Shown here in pieces: positions 12,034 to 20,831 of a stretch of DNA of 64,000 nucleotides. The notes under the pieces were generated by a model that saw only the letters and a list, made by a program, of their open reading frames with translations, was not told the DNA's origin and ran no database searches. The DNA is taken from positions 128,001 to 192,000 of the forward strand of contig JBNRMN010000033.1 in assembly GCA_050309605.1 (NCBI GenBank), written 5' to 3'. The DNA is from Anaerohalosphaeraceae bacterium. GTDB lineage: Bacteria > Planctomycetota > Phycisphaerae > Sedimentisphaerales > Anaerohalosphaeraceae. The position numbers and the translations under genes are program-made. Every line of letters begins with the position of its first letter. Position 1 is the stretch's first letter.

Positions 12034-12061
12034 CAGAAGCCAGAAGCCAGAAGACAGAAGT
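12034..12061. repeat. Heptamer tandem array (CAGAAGN)x4
   Basis: cagaagc cagaagc cagaaga cagaagt just downstream of the stop at 12019. Confidence 0.8.
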
Positions 12062-12104
12062 AAGAATGGCGGCATCGGTCATTTCTGAAATTCAATCGTC
12101 CGGC

Positions 12105-13310
12105 TCAGGCGTTGTGGGTGCGTTTGCAGCGGGGACAGCGGACGGTTCGGTCTTTGTAATCCGGCGGCAGTTTAAGCCGCAACCCGCAGGTACAGGGGAT
12201 GAAGGTAAAGCCGTTGACCTTGCGCATAATATCGCCGACTTGGCGCTGTGAATGTTTCGGAGAAACGGGCTGAGCGGAGGCGTCGCCTTGACGCAGGCCG
12301 ACTTCTTCATCGGGTTTGACTGCTGAGGGGGGGATAACGCTGCCCCGATGGGTCACCTGTTCGAATGCCTGGTTATAATCTCGATACCCGGCCCCGTGAG
12401 CCATAGTGTGCAAAATCCGAATGCGTTCTTCGATAGGCGGGTGTGTACTGAACAGATTCATTGCCTTTTTGCCGCGGAAGGGGTTGGCGATATACATCGG
12501 CGCGGTAGCTTTGTTGGCCGATTCCATTGAAATGTTGGTTCCGGCGATCTTTTCCAGCGCCCCGGCCAGCCCGTGCGGATACCGGGTCAGCCGGACCGCC
12601 CCGGCATCGGCCAGATACTCCCGTTTGCGCGACAGACTGAAATACAAAATCTGGGCAAACAGCGGCGCCAAAATGGCCGCGACAATCGCCAATACCATGA
12701 TCAGCGCCTGCGCTCCGCCGCCGCCACGCGACCGTGAGGAATAGCGTCGCCCGCCCAACGCACTGTAAAACATCCCGCGCAAAAAAACCTGGCTCAGCAG
12801 CACAATCGCTCCGAGCATCACGCCGGCCACCGTGACATACAAGATGTCGCGATGAAGGATATGGCTGATTTCGTGGGCGATGACACCCTGCAATTCGTCG
12901 CGGTTGAGTTTGCCCAGCAGTCCGGCGGTCACCGCCACCGAGGCGTTTTCGGGGTTGCGGCCGGTGGCGAAGGCGTTCGGGGCCGGGTCATTGATGATGT
13001 ATATTTTCGGCATCTTCGGCAGATTGGCCGCGATGGTCATCTCTTCAACGATGTTAAACAGTTGCGGATGGACTTCTTCGGTGACCCGCTGCGCCCGACT
13101 GGAAGCCAGCAGAATCTGATCGCCGCCATACAGACTGACCAGCATCATCACCAGCCAGACGCAGGTGGCAATGAAAATGCCGATCCAGCCGGCATCCGGA
13201 CCGCCCCCGAAGGCGAATCCGAGCATAAACCCCAGTCCGCACAGCACCACCCCCATCAGGCCGAGCAGTATGACCGAATTCCGTTTATTGACGCGAATTT
13301 GTTCCCACAT
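12105..13310 (-). CDS. htpX: M48 zinc metalloprotease HtpX with C-terminal Zn-ribbon
   Basis: PNAFATG, HEISH, SRKREYLADAGA, LFSTHPPIEERI; C-terminal CTCG...CPRC. Confidence 0.92.
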   Translation of the reverse strand: MWEQIRVNKRNSVILLGLMGVVLCGLGFMLGFAFGGGPDAGWIGIFIATCVWLVMMLVSLYGGDQILLASSRAQRVTEEVHPQLFNIVEEMTIAANLPKMPKIYIINDPAPNAFATGRNPENASVAVTAGLLGKLNRDELQGVIAHEISHILHRDILYVTVAGVMLGAIVLLSQVFLRGMFYSALGGRRYSSRSRGGGGAQALIMVLAIVAAILAPLFAQILYFSLSRKREYLADAGAVRLTRYPHGLAGALEKIAGTNISMESANKATAPMYIANPFRGKKAMNLFSTHPPIEERIRILHTMAHGAGYRDYNQAFEQVTHRGSVIPPSAVKPDEEVGLRQGDASAQPVSPKHSQRQVGDIMRKVNGFTFIPCTCGLRLKLPPDYKDRTVRCPRCKRTHNA

Positions 13311-13315
13311 AGTAT

Positions 13316-13350
13316 TAGTTTTAAGTTTTAAGTTTTGAGTTTTGAGTTGT
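13316..13350. repeat. Heptamer array (NAGTTTT)x5, complementary to the array at 13719-13774
   Basis: tagtttt aagtttt aagtttt gagtttt gagttgt. Confidence 0.9.
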
Positions 13351-13701
13351 TGTATTGCCTGTTTTTACGATGCTGGTCAACATTTTTATCAATTCTTTGC
13401 GCTCATTAAGCAGAGAGGTTGACTGTTTGTCGGTCAGAATATCACAATCCGTTAATAATCTTATCCAATAATGCGTTTCTCTGGCCTCCTTCGATGCGAT
13501 TGCCATTTTGTAAAAAATTTCTTTTCGACTGTGGCTGGCGGCGGCCTCTTCGACATTCGCGCCGATGCCGGTTCACGAACGGATCAATTGTCCTGAAAGT
13601 TCATAATGCTGTTTGTCTTTTAACCATAAGCTGAGTTTCACAATGCGAACTGCAAAATGATAACTTTTTTCACGCACCGTATGCCCTGCCTGTACAGTCA
13701 T
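13321..13701 (-). pseudogene. Four-helix-bundle protein (TIGR02436 / 23S rRNA IVS protein family) interrupted by an in-frame TGA at codon 43
   Basis: ATG 13701 reads MTVQAGHTVREKSYHFAVRIVKL...QLIRS*TGIGANVEEA...KMAIASKEARETHYWIRLL; TGA at 13575-13573 replaces the Gly of the family's RSGTSIGAN motif. Confidence 0.85.
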
Positions 13702-13718
13702 TTATCCGACTCAGCACA

Positions 13719-13774
13719 AAAACTAAAAACTAAAAACTAAACACTAAAAACTAAAAACTAAAAACTAAGAACTA
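13719..13774. repeat. Heptamer array (AAAACTA)x8
   Basis: Eight units, two with a single substitution; the unit at 13768-13774 contains the lemA stop codon. Confidence 0.95.
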
Positions 13775-14326
13775 AAATTTAACCTGCGGCACGCTGCGTT
13801 CCGCTTCGTTTTCAATTTCAAAGTAATCGCGTTTGGTGAAATTGAACATCCCGGCAACCAGATTCGACGGGAACATCTGGATTTTATTGTTATAGAACAG
13901 CACCTGGTCGTTGTAGCCCTGGCGTGCGAAGGCGATTTTGTTTTCGGTACTGGTCAGGGTTTCCTGCAGCGACAGGAAATTCTGATTGGCCTTCAGGTCG
14001 GGATAGTTTTCCACGACCAGCATGAACTTGCTCAGCGCCTCGGTCAGTTGCCCCTCGGCCTTGGAGGCCTCGGCAACGCTGTGCGCCCCCATGGCTTTGC
14101 TGCGGGCCTCGGTGATTTTCTCAAACGTCTCCCGCTCGTGTGTCATATAGCCTTTGGCGGTTTCGACCAGATTGGGGATCAAATCGTGTCGCCGCTTGAG
14201 CTGGACGTCGATCTGCGACCAGGCGTTGTCCACCTGATTGCGCAGCCGGACAAGAGCATTGTAAATACCGATAAACAACACCACCAAAAGAACAAGAACA
14301 ATCAGCGCGGTAATTATGCCTGCCAT
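13772..14326 (-). CDS. lemA: LemA family protein
   Basis: N-terminal TM, YNALVRLRN, WSQIDVQLKRRHDLIPNLVET, VENYPDLKANQNF. Confidence 0.95.
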   Translation of the reverse strand: MAGIITALIVLVLLVVLFIGIYNALVRLRNQVDNAWSQIDVQLKRRHDLIPNLVETAKGYMTHERETFEKITEARSKAMGAHSVAEASKAEGQLTEALSKFMLVVENYPDLKANQNFLSLQETLTSTENKIAFARQGYNDQVLFYNNKIQMFPSNLVAGMFNFTKRDYFEIENEAERSVPQVKF

Positions 14327-14419
14327 TTCTTCAGCTCCTGAAAAAGTGAACATTTGGGTTTCGGCTTATGCTTTACAGATGAAAAACGGTGCACTCTGTT
14401 GCACTTGTGTTGCGGAAAT

Positions 14420-14809
14420 TCAGTCTTCCGGCGGGTACATTTCGCGCAACAGATTAGCCACCTTGCCTTCCGGATCAAACGACCCCTGTTCAAGCACGTC
14501 AATCAATTCGCCTCGGTCAAACCACAGGCCGTGTGATTTGGGGCAGCGATCGATCAGCACGGCCTTTTCACCATGTCCGATGAGCACTTTCTGCATCGAT
14601 TTTCGACAGATAGGGCACGGCCGCAGCGTTTCATCGGTATCGGCCGGCTGAAAGGAGCCCAGCAAACGCCGTGTCCGCTCGGCATCTTCCAATAGGATTT
14701 CAAGTTCTCCGGCGTCCAGCCAAATCCCTTGACATTCCGTGCAATAATCCGTTTCGACCTCATCCAGCTCGAAAACGATCATCGGCGTTCGGCAAACAGG
14801 GCACTCCAT
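14420..14809 (-). CDS. Double zinc-ribbon (zf-TFIIB-like) protein
   Basis: CPVC...CTECQGIWLDAGEL repeated as CPIC...CPKSHGLWFDRGEL. Confidence 0.85.
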   Translation of the reverse strand: MECPVCRTPMIVFELDEVETDYCTECQGIWLDAGELEILLEDAERTRRLLGSFQPADTDETLRPCPICRKSMQKVLIGHGEKAVLIDRCPKSHGLWFDRGELIDVLEQGSFDPEGKVANLLREMYPPED

Positions 14810-14924
14810 AGCGGTTATCCTTATAACTAACGTTAATACCCTATCTTAGCGAGGCATTTCGACCTGTCAAGCAAATCCCGCCGCCCGTGCCGAAGAAATT
14901 TTTACAAATTATTCCTTCAAACTA

Positions 14925-14953
14925 TTGACAATTTTTGTCGATTGTGGTATAGA
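14925..14953 (+). promoter_or_regulatory. Sigma70-type promoter upstream of the ilvB leader
   Basis: TTGACA (14925-30), 17 bp spacer, TG-n-TATAGA (14948-53). Confidence 0.7.
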
Positions 14954-15186
14954 ACAAGGATTGTGACAAAGTCGTATCGACGAAACAACGACGCGGCTTT
15001 GGCCTGAGACACGACAATTAAAGAGTGTGGTTTTGGTTCTGCGGTCGGGGCAATTGAACCCGTCCGGATCAGTTTGTTCGCTCGGAGCGAGCAAGCGGGT
15101 CGGTCGGTCAACGCTCATTACCCCGCGGACACTGGAATAACGAAATGTTTATCAGGAATAGGGACAATTTAGTTTCTCCACGACGG

Positions 15187-15215
15187 ATCCGTCTTATCGG
15201 AGACGGGTGTTTTTT
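15187..15215 (+). terminator. Intrinsic terminator ending the ilvB leader
   Basis: ATCCGTCTT-atcg-GAGACGGGT stem followed by G and T6. Confidence 0.65.
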
Positions 15216-15384
15216 GCCTTTCCACTATCCCATTCCCGAACAATTGCTGCGCCCGCTGTGCGGCTTGTGCGGCCTCTTTCCTGTGCGGCGTTCCGCGCCG
15301 CCTGCCTTGCTCAAATCGATTGAACGAATGTGGTATCTATAATGTGAATTATTTTTGAAATTCACCTTTTTTGCGGAGAATAAT

Positions 15385-17103
15385 ATGATTAAAAACAAAA
15401 CAACCCCTCAAGACGGCATCGTCTATAAACCCGGAAGCCAGGTGATGGTCGATATGCTTTTGGAGCAAGGCGTCGAAGTGATGTTCGGCTATCTGGGCGG
15501 GGTGGTGCTGCCGTTTTTTGATAAGCTGTATGATGCGCCGATCAAGTTCATCATCCCCCGCCATGAGCAGGGCGGCTGTCATATGGCTGATGCGTATGCC
15601 CGCGCGACGGGCAAGGTCGGCGTGGTGGTGGCCACCTCCGGCCCGGGCGCGACCAATCTGACGACGGGGCTGGCCACGGCGATGATGGACTCGGTGCCCC
15701 TGGTCGCCATCACGGGGCAGGTGCGGACCGACCTGATCGGAAACGACGCCTTTCAGGAGGCCGATACCACCGGCATCACCCGACCGGTGACCAAGCATAA
15801 TGTCATCGTCAAAGATCCCAACGAGCTGGCCCAGGCGATCCGTGAGGCGTTCTATATTGCTCAAACCGGACGTCCGGGGCCGGTTTTAGTGGATGTGCCG
15901 GTCAATATGCAGATTGCGCAATGTCCGATCCCGCCCAAAAGCGAAATTGAACTGCCGGGGTACAAAGTGCGCTATCAGGGACATTCCCGTCAGATCGCCA
16001 ACGCGGCCCGGGCCATCAATGAATCCAAAAAGCCGGTGCTGTATATCGGCGGCGGGGTCATTCTCTCCGGTGCGTCCGACGCCCTGCGGCAGTTTGCCCA
16101 AAAGGCCAATATCCCCGTTACGATGACGCTGATGGGGCTGGGCGCCTACGATCAGGCGCGGCCTGAATCGCTGGATATGCTGGGCATGCACGGCTCGGCG
16201 TACGCCAATTATGCGGTGCAGAATTGCGATTTGCTGATTTCGGTCGGGGCGCGGTTTGATGACCGTGTGACCGGTTCGCTGAAGACCTTTGCGCCGCATG
16301 CCAAAATCATTCATATTGACATGGATCCGGCCAGTATATCCAAAAACGTGAATGTGGATATTCCGGTCGTCGGCGACGCCCGCGAGGTACTCGAAGCCAT
16401 GATGACCATGGTGGAGTATCGGCCGCGCAAAGAGTGGTTCGAGCAGATCGCCTCCTGGAAGGCCAAGCACCCGTTCCGTTACGATCGCAGCGCCGAGGTC
16501 ATCAAACCGCAGTATGTGATTGAAGAGCTGCACCGTCAAACGCAGGGCAACGCCGTGATCTGCACCGGCGTCGGCCAGCACCAGATGTGGGCGGCGCAGT
16601 TCTACAAATTCAACCATCCGCGGCAGTTGATCACGTCCGGCGGACTGGGGACAATGGGCTTTGGTCTGCCGGCGGCCATCGGCGCCAAATTGGGCTGCCC
16701 CGACCAGACGGTCATCGACATTGACGGCGACAGCAGCTTTAATATGACGCTGACCGAGCTTTCCACGGCCGTCATGTACGACCTGCCGATCAAGGTCTGC
16801 CTGCTCAATAACGGCTTTATGGGGATGGTGCGCCAGTGGCAGGAGCTGTTTTACGGCCGGCGCTATTCGCAGAGCTGCCTTCAGAATCCGGATTTTGCAC
16901 GACTGGCCGAGGCGTTCGGGGTTGTCGGCATCACCGTCGATAAAAAAGACCAGGTGCCTGCGGCAATCGAAAAGATGCTCGAAGAAACCCGTCCGGTCGT
17001 GGTTGATTTTCATGTGGATCCGGAAGAAAACGTCTGGCCGATGGTCCCGGCCGGCAAGAGTCTGCACGAAATGGACGGGCTGGACATTTTTGAAATGGCG
17101 TAA
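15385..17103 (+). CDS. ilvB: Acetolactate synthase large subunit
   Basis: RHEQGG, TSGPGATN, GRPGPVLVD, GARFDDRVTG, SGGLGTMGFG, GDSSFNM, NNGFMGMVRQWQ. Confidence 0.96.
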   Translation: MIKNKTTPQDGIVYKPGSQVMVDMLLEQGVEVMFGYLGGVVLPFFDKLYDAPIKFIIPRHEQGGCHMADAYARATGKVGVVVATSGPGATNLTTGLATAMMDSVPLVAITGQVRTDLIGNDAFQEADTTGITRPVTKHNVIVKDPNELAQAIREAFYIAQTGRPGPVLVDVPVNMQIAQCPIPPKSEIELPGYKVRYQGHSRQIANAARAINESKKPVLYIGGGVILSGASDALRQFAQKANIPVTMTLMGLGAYDQARPESLDMLGMHGSAYANYAVQNCDLLISVGARFDDRVTGSLKTFAPHAKIIHIDMDPASISKNVNVDIPVVGDAREVLEAMMTMVEYRPRKEWFEQIASWKAKHPFRYDRSAEVIKPQYVIEELHRQTQGNAVICTGVGQHQMWAAQFYKFNHPRQLITSGGLGTMGFGLPAAIGAKLGCPDQTVIDIDGDSSFNMTLTELSTAVMYDLPIKVCLLNNGFMGMVRQWQELFYGRRYSQSCLQNPDFARLAEAFGVVGITVDKKDQVPAAIEKMLEETRPVVVDFHVDPEENVWPMVPAGKSLHEMDGLDIFEMA

Positions 17104-17106
17104 GAA

Positions 17107-17198
17107 AAAATCAAAGATCAAAAAGCAAAAATAAAAAATAAGGAAGTCCGGCCCAAAGGGCCGTCCGCTATGTTGATTTTTAACGTTTGATATTTTAT
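17107..17198. repeat. A-rich heptamer array, small GC hairpin, then T-rich complementary heptamers between ilvB and ilvN
   Basis: aaaatca aagatca aaaagca aaaataa aaaataa; cggccc-aaa-gggccg; tgttgat ttttaac gtttgat attttat. Confidence 0.6.
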
Positions 17199-17210
17199 CT
17201 GGAGTAGAAT

Positions 17211-17705
17211 ATGAAGCATATACTGAGTGCATTGGTGTTAAACAAGCCCGGCGTTCTGGCACACGTGGCGGGGATGTTTGCCGCACGGGCTTTTAATATT
17301 GATTCGCTGGCGGTCGGCCGCACCGACGATCCGACCCTGAGCCGAATGACCATCGTGGTCATTGGCGATGACAAAGTCGTCGAGCAGGTTCGCAAACAAT
17401 TGGCCAAAATCGTGCCGGTGGTCAAGGTGCAGGACTTTATCGGCCAGGATGTCGTCGCGCGCGACCTGATGCTGATCAGTGTGACGTGTCCACCTGAAAA
17501 AAGGCCGGAAATGATGGCTTTAATTGAGATGTTTAACGGAAAAGTTGTGGATATTGCCCAAAAAATCGTTATGGTAGAAATTGCCGGTCCGGAAAGTAAG
17601 ATCGAGGCCTTTATCGACGCCTGCCGACCCTACGGCATCAAAAGTATGGTTCGCACCGGCACCGTCGCCATGGCCCGCCAGACACGGACCAAAACCGAGG
17701 AATAG
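17211..17705 (+). CDS. ilvN: Acetolactate synthase small subunit
   Basis: ACT domain NKPGVL...FNIDSLAVG...SRMTIV, VRTGTVAM. Confidence 0.95.
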   Translation: MKHILSALVLNKPGVLAHVAGMFAARAFNIDSLAVGRTDDPTLSRMTIVVIGDDKVVEQVRKQLAKIVPVVKVQDFIGQDVVARDLMLISVTCPPEKRPEMMALIEMFNGKVVDIAQKIVMVEIAGPESKIEAFIDACRPYGIKSMVRTGTVAMARQTRTKTEE

Positions 17706-17812
17706 CCATATAACAGATTAGCGAAATTTTCTGAGTTAATTTTATAAAATATCGAGAGATTTATGATATAGTCAAAAGTGAATAATCTGAAAGTCTGCTG
17801 GACTTAGGCGTT

Positions 17813-17940
17813 GCAACCGAAACCTGCAAATTTTAAACCGCAAACGTCAAGCCAGTGCCCCAAACAGGGGCGCTGTCGGCGTGTTGCGGTAAGGCCTTGC
17901 AGGGCCTCGGTTGCGCATGTTTCGGCGGTGCCTCTTTTTT
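17813..17940 (+). promoter_or_regulatory. Structured RNA leader with two mutually exclusive folds, one ending in a U-tract
   Basis: Rod GCAACCGA/TCGGTTGC, CCTGCAA/TTGCAGG, ACCGCAA/TTGCGGT, CAGTGCCCC/GGGGCGCTG; alternative 13-bp stem 17866-78/17923-35 followed by Ts. Confidence 0.6.
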
Positions 17941-18005
17941 ACGGGGATGGCTCGTGAAAGGAGGGTCAAAATAGGAAAAATCTATTTTGAAAGGAGAGCA
18001 GAAAA

Positions 18006-20816
18006 ATGAAAGAAAGAGTTATTTTTGCATCAAAACATAGTTTCTCTTTGTTAGTTTGGGGCATCTTTTACTTTTGCGGAACGGCGTCTGCTGAATACGA
18101 CTTAGTGCTGACAGGTGTGAATCAGTTTTCAGGTACAGTTTCATACTCTAACAAACTAATTTACATCCCCGAAGATGCATTTGTTCAATATGAAACTTTA
18201 GTGTTGGACAATTGCATTGTTGATGTGGATGGTTTTCTTGAGATCAATACGTTTTTAGATATGCACAACTCCGTTTTCTTTGTTTACGGAAGCTTTAGAG
18301 TAAAACAGGGTGCAACTATCTACAAAACAGGCACATCAAGTATCATCATAACAGGAGACTCTGTACGGTCAGGACATATTTTTATGAAAGGCGGTTTGTA
18401 TGATCCGATCGTCATTGAATCAGACTACACGTCGACAGAATTTATTGTTATTGAGGAAGCTTCCTCGGCGAACTCCGTTTTGCAGTTCATTGATTTTTTC
18501 GGTGGATGGTGCAATATACAGATATATAATAATCGCTTGAATAATGCGATAACCAACTGTCGATTCATTGAATCTGACTACCCAGTTTATCAAGAATCAT
18601 ACGATAAAATAACAGGTGTGCGATTCTGTTTCTTTTTTTGGAATATCATCTCGGTTTATGCCCAAGTGAATGATACCGCTCAAGAGGAAATCGCTTTTAA
18701 GTTTGACAATTTGACAATTGATAACAACTTTGAACCGTCATCATACGGTGTGGTATTGTCTTGTTTGCAAAATCCGGCCTATATTGATTTGGTAGGGATT
18801 ACCAATAACATCCTCACAAACAGTTATTGTGGCTGGTATATTGGTGATGGGGGGTTTTATCCGCCTATAATGTCGAATCTTGCTTACTACGGCAATTACT
18901 TCGATTGCAACTTGGCCGATCCAAATTTTCAGTCTAATCCAATGTATTTAATTGAAAACCCATTCGAAACACCCACAGACCCAAACGATTGGCCGTATTA
19001 TGTTGACCCGAACAGCCCGGTTGCCACCGCAGAGTTAAGAGAAAGCATTTTGCAAAGTCCACAACAAATGCTGACTTCAATATTCAGCGCACCTGTTCCA
19101 CGAGGAAACTTTGGGATTGGATATGGCGTTGCATTGCCTCAAGATTATTATTCAGAAATCGCCGTTGAGATGAGGGGGGATTTTGATAACAATGGAATCG
19201 TTAATTTTGACGATTACTTGATACTCTCGATGGATTGGCTGGCTGAACGAGAATCTCAAGAAAACCCTGTCAATTTTCCGGATCCGAATGGTTACTCTTT
19301 TGCAGACTTTGATTTAGATGGCATTGTGGATGTTAACGACCTCAATCTTTTTGCCAAGAATTGGCTCTGTACTGGAGCCAGGCAAATACGACTGCATGTC
19401 GAAGATACGCCGAATCGTCTGGTTGTTACCTGTAAAGATCCGAATCTTGTGGATGTTGATCATTTTGCCATCTTCTTGGATGAGGAACATGTGGCGACCA
19501 GAGAACCGCAAGACAATGCTGTTTTTATTATTGACAAAAGAAACTTTAAAAATGGAGACCACCAACTCAGAGCTGTTGCTCTCGGTCAGGATGGGAACGC
19601 CTCCGCCACAGCACCGGTTACCTATTCATTTAGCACCCCACTGAGCAACATCACATACGAAAAGTTTCCTGACCCTTCAAAGCCCTTTATTATCAGGGGA
19701 AACATTGCAGAAGGAAACACCGCATTTTTATCTATAAAAGATATTGACGAACAAGTTCAATGGTCTAAAGATTACACCGAGGATTTTGTGACAATCATTG
19801 ATCCCAATGATATATTTGGCAACAATGATGTGAATCTGGAACTTACATACTCTTGCGTACCAACACTTCTGGTAGAATTGAGCCAGGAATCTCCATTCGA
19901 TGAAGTCTTCGAAGAACTGATTAACGCATCATCGGGAAGCTCATCCATTTTAGCACTCGGAGGTAAACCCATAAATGCCGTAGCAGGCCTAGTTATTTGT
20001 ATGTTGGCGGATGGGGCAACACAAGGTGCAAACTATACAGACACAGGAACCGCCAGATTTGCATGGCAAACAATGAAAAACAAAGGCATACAGGTCATAG
20101 CACTTAAGGGATATGGCGAACATAATCAAGTATCATACGATATAATTCACAGTGTCCGAAGAAAGTTTCCAAATATTCGATACCTGCATATCAACGCACA
20201 TGGGCATTACAGGGCAAGAAAAGCATGGTCGTTGTTGAGAACTCCGCGAACTCGCGTTTTATTTAATGATGGGATTTGGGTATCTCACAATTCCAGAAGG
20301 TGGCTTGACCGAAATCGATCTGTACCAGAAGGCTATCAATATCTATCACGTTCTTTAGAAAAGGCTTATACATTTGATCACTTTGGATTTCGTCCCGGAG
20401 ACATTCGAATACTGGTGCTTGAATCCTGTTACGGCCTTCGCAATGTGGCAACAATGAATGCTGAATTGATCGTTGACTATGTAGACGGGGCTTATGATTA
20501 TGAAAAAAGTTTTAATCCGCCTCTTAATTTTCACCCACATTACTATTTTACCGATGTATTATTTGCTTTCAGAATGGTCGAAGATTATCAAGTGGCCGTT
20601 GGTTCAGCAAATTTGGTTGTTAAAGGATTGTTTACTCATTATGCAAATTTTTTCAATATGTTGTATCAAAATCTTGAGACTAAGAATTTCTATAATGCTT
20701 ATAGTGATACCGTATACCACATAACCAATCAAGAGGTAAAGAGTGAACATAGAGTACGCGGATTAGGCTTAAATCCGCAAAGCAATGTCTGGCTTAGCAA
20801 CAACCCAACCCCCTGA
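18006..20816 (+). CDS. Large secreted multidomain protein: beta-helix-like N-terminus, two dockerin-like repeats, Ig-like segment, C-terminal caspase/gingipain-like HG...SC domain
   Basis: Signal peptide ending ASA-E; RGDFDNNGIVNFDDYLILSMDWL and FADFDLDGIVDVNDLNLFAKNWL; YLHINAHGH and ILVLESCY; AAGGAG RBS. Confidence 0.7.
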   Translation: MKERVIFASKHSFSLLVWGIFYFCGTASAEYDLVLTGVNQFSGTVSYSNKLIYIPEDAFVQYETLVLDNCIVDVDGFLEINTFLDMHNSVFFVYGSFRVKQGATIYKTGTSSIIITGDSVRSGHIFMKGGLYDPIVIESDYTSTEFIVIEEASSANSVLQFIDFFGGWCNIQIYNNRLNNAITNCRFIESDYPVYQESYDKITGVRFCFFFWNIISVYAQVNDTAQEEIAFKFDNLTIDNNFEPSSYGVVLSCLQNPAYIDLVGITNNILTNSYCGWYIGDGGFYPPIMSNLAYYGNYFDCNLADPNFQSNPMYLIENPFETPTDPNDWPYYVDPNSPVATAELRESILQSPQQMLTSIFSAPVPRGNFGIGYGVALPQDYYSEIAVEMRGDFDNNGIVNFDDYLILSMDWLAERESQENPVNFPDPNGYSFADFDLDGIVDVNDLNLFAKNWLCTGARQIRLHVEDTPNRLVVTCKDPNLVDVDHFAIFLDEEHVATREPQDNAVFIIDKRNFKNGDHQLRAVALGQDGNASATAPVTYSFSTPLSNITYEKFPDPSKPFIIRGNIAEGNTAFLSIKDIDEQVQWSKDYTEDFVTIIDPNDIFGNNDVNLELTYSCVPTLLVELSQESPFDEVFEELINASSGSSSILALGGKPINAVAGLVICMLADGATQGANYTDTGTARFAWQTMKNKGIQVIALKGYGEHNQVSYDIIHSVRRKFPNIRYLHINAHGHYRARKAWSLLRTPRTRVLFNDGIWVSHNSRRWLDRNRSVPEGYQYLSRSLEKAYTFDHFGFRPGDIRILVLESCYGLRNVATMNAELIVDYVDGAYDYEKSFNPPLNFHPHYYFTDVLFAFRMVEDYQVAVGSANLVVKGLFTHYANFFNMLYQNLETKNFYNAYSDTVYHITNQEVKSEHRVRGLGLNPQSNVWLSNNPTP

Positions 20817-20831
20817 TCAGGAGATTGTGAA

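Noticed and set aside
13573..13575. Selenocysteine or alternative genetic code at the TGA
   Set aside because: The aligned residue is Gly, not Cys, and TGA serves as a normal stop in many genes here
13321..13701. Avd-like protein of a diversity-generating retroelement
   Set aside because: Related fold, but no reverse transcriptase or TR/VR repeat pair in the window
14963..15007. Short ORF MTKSYRRNNDAALA ending like a tmRNA tag
   Set aside because: No tRNA-like domain nearby; lacks branched-chain residues expected of an ilv leader peptide
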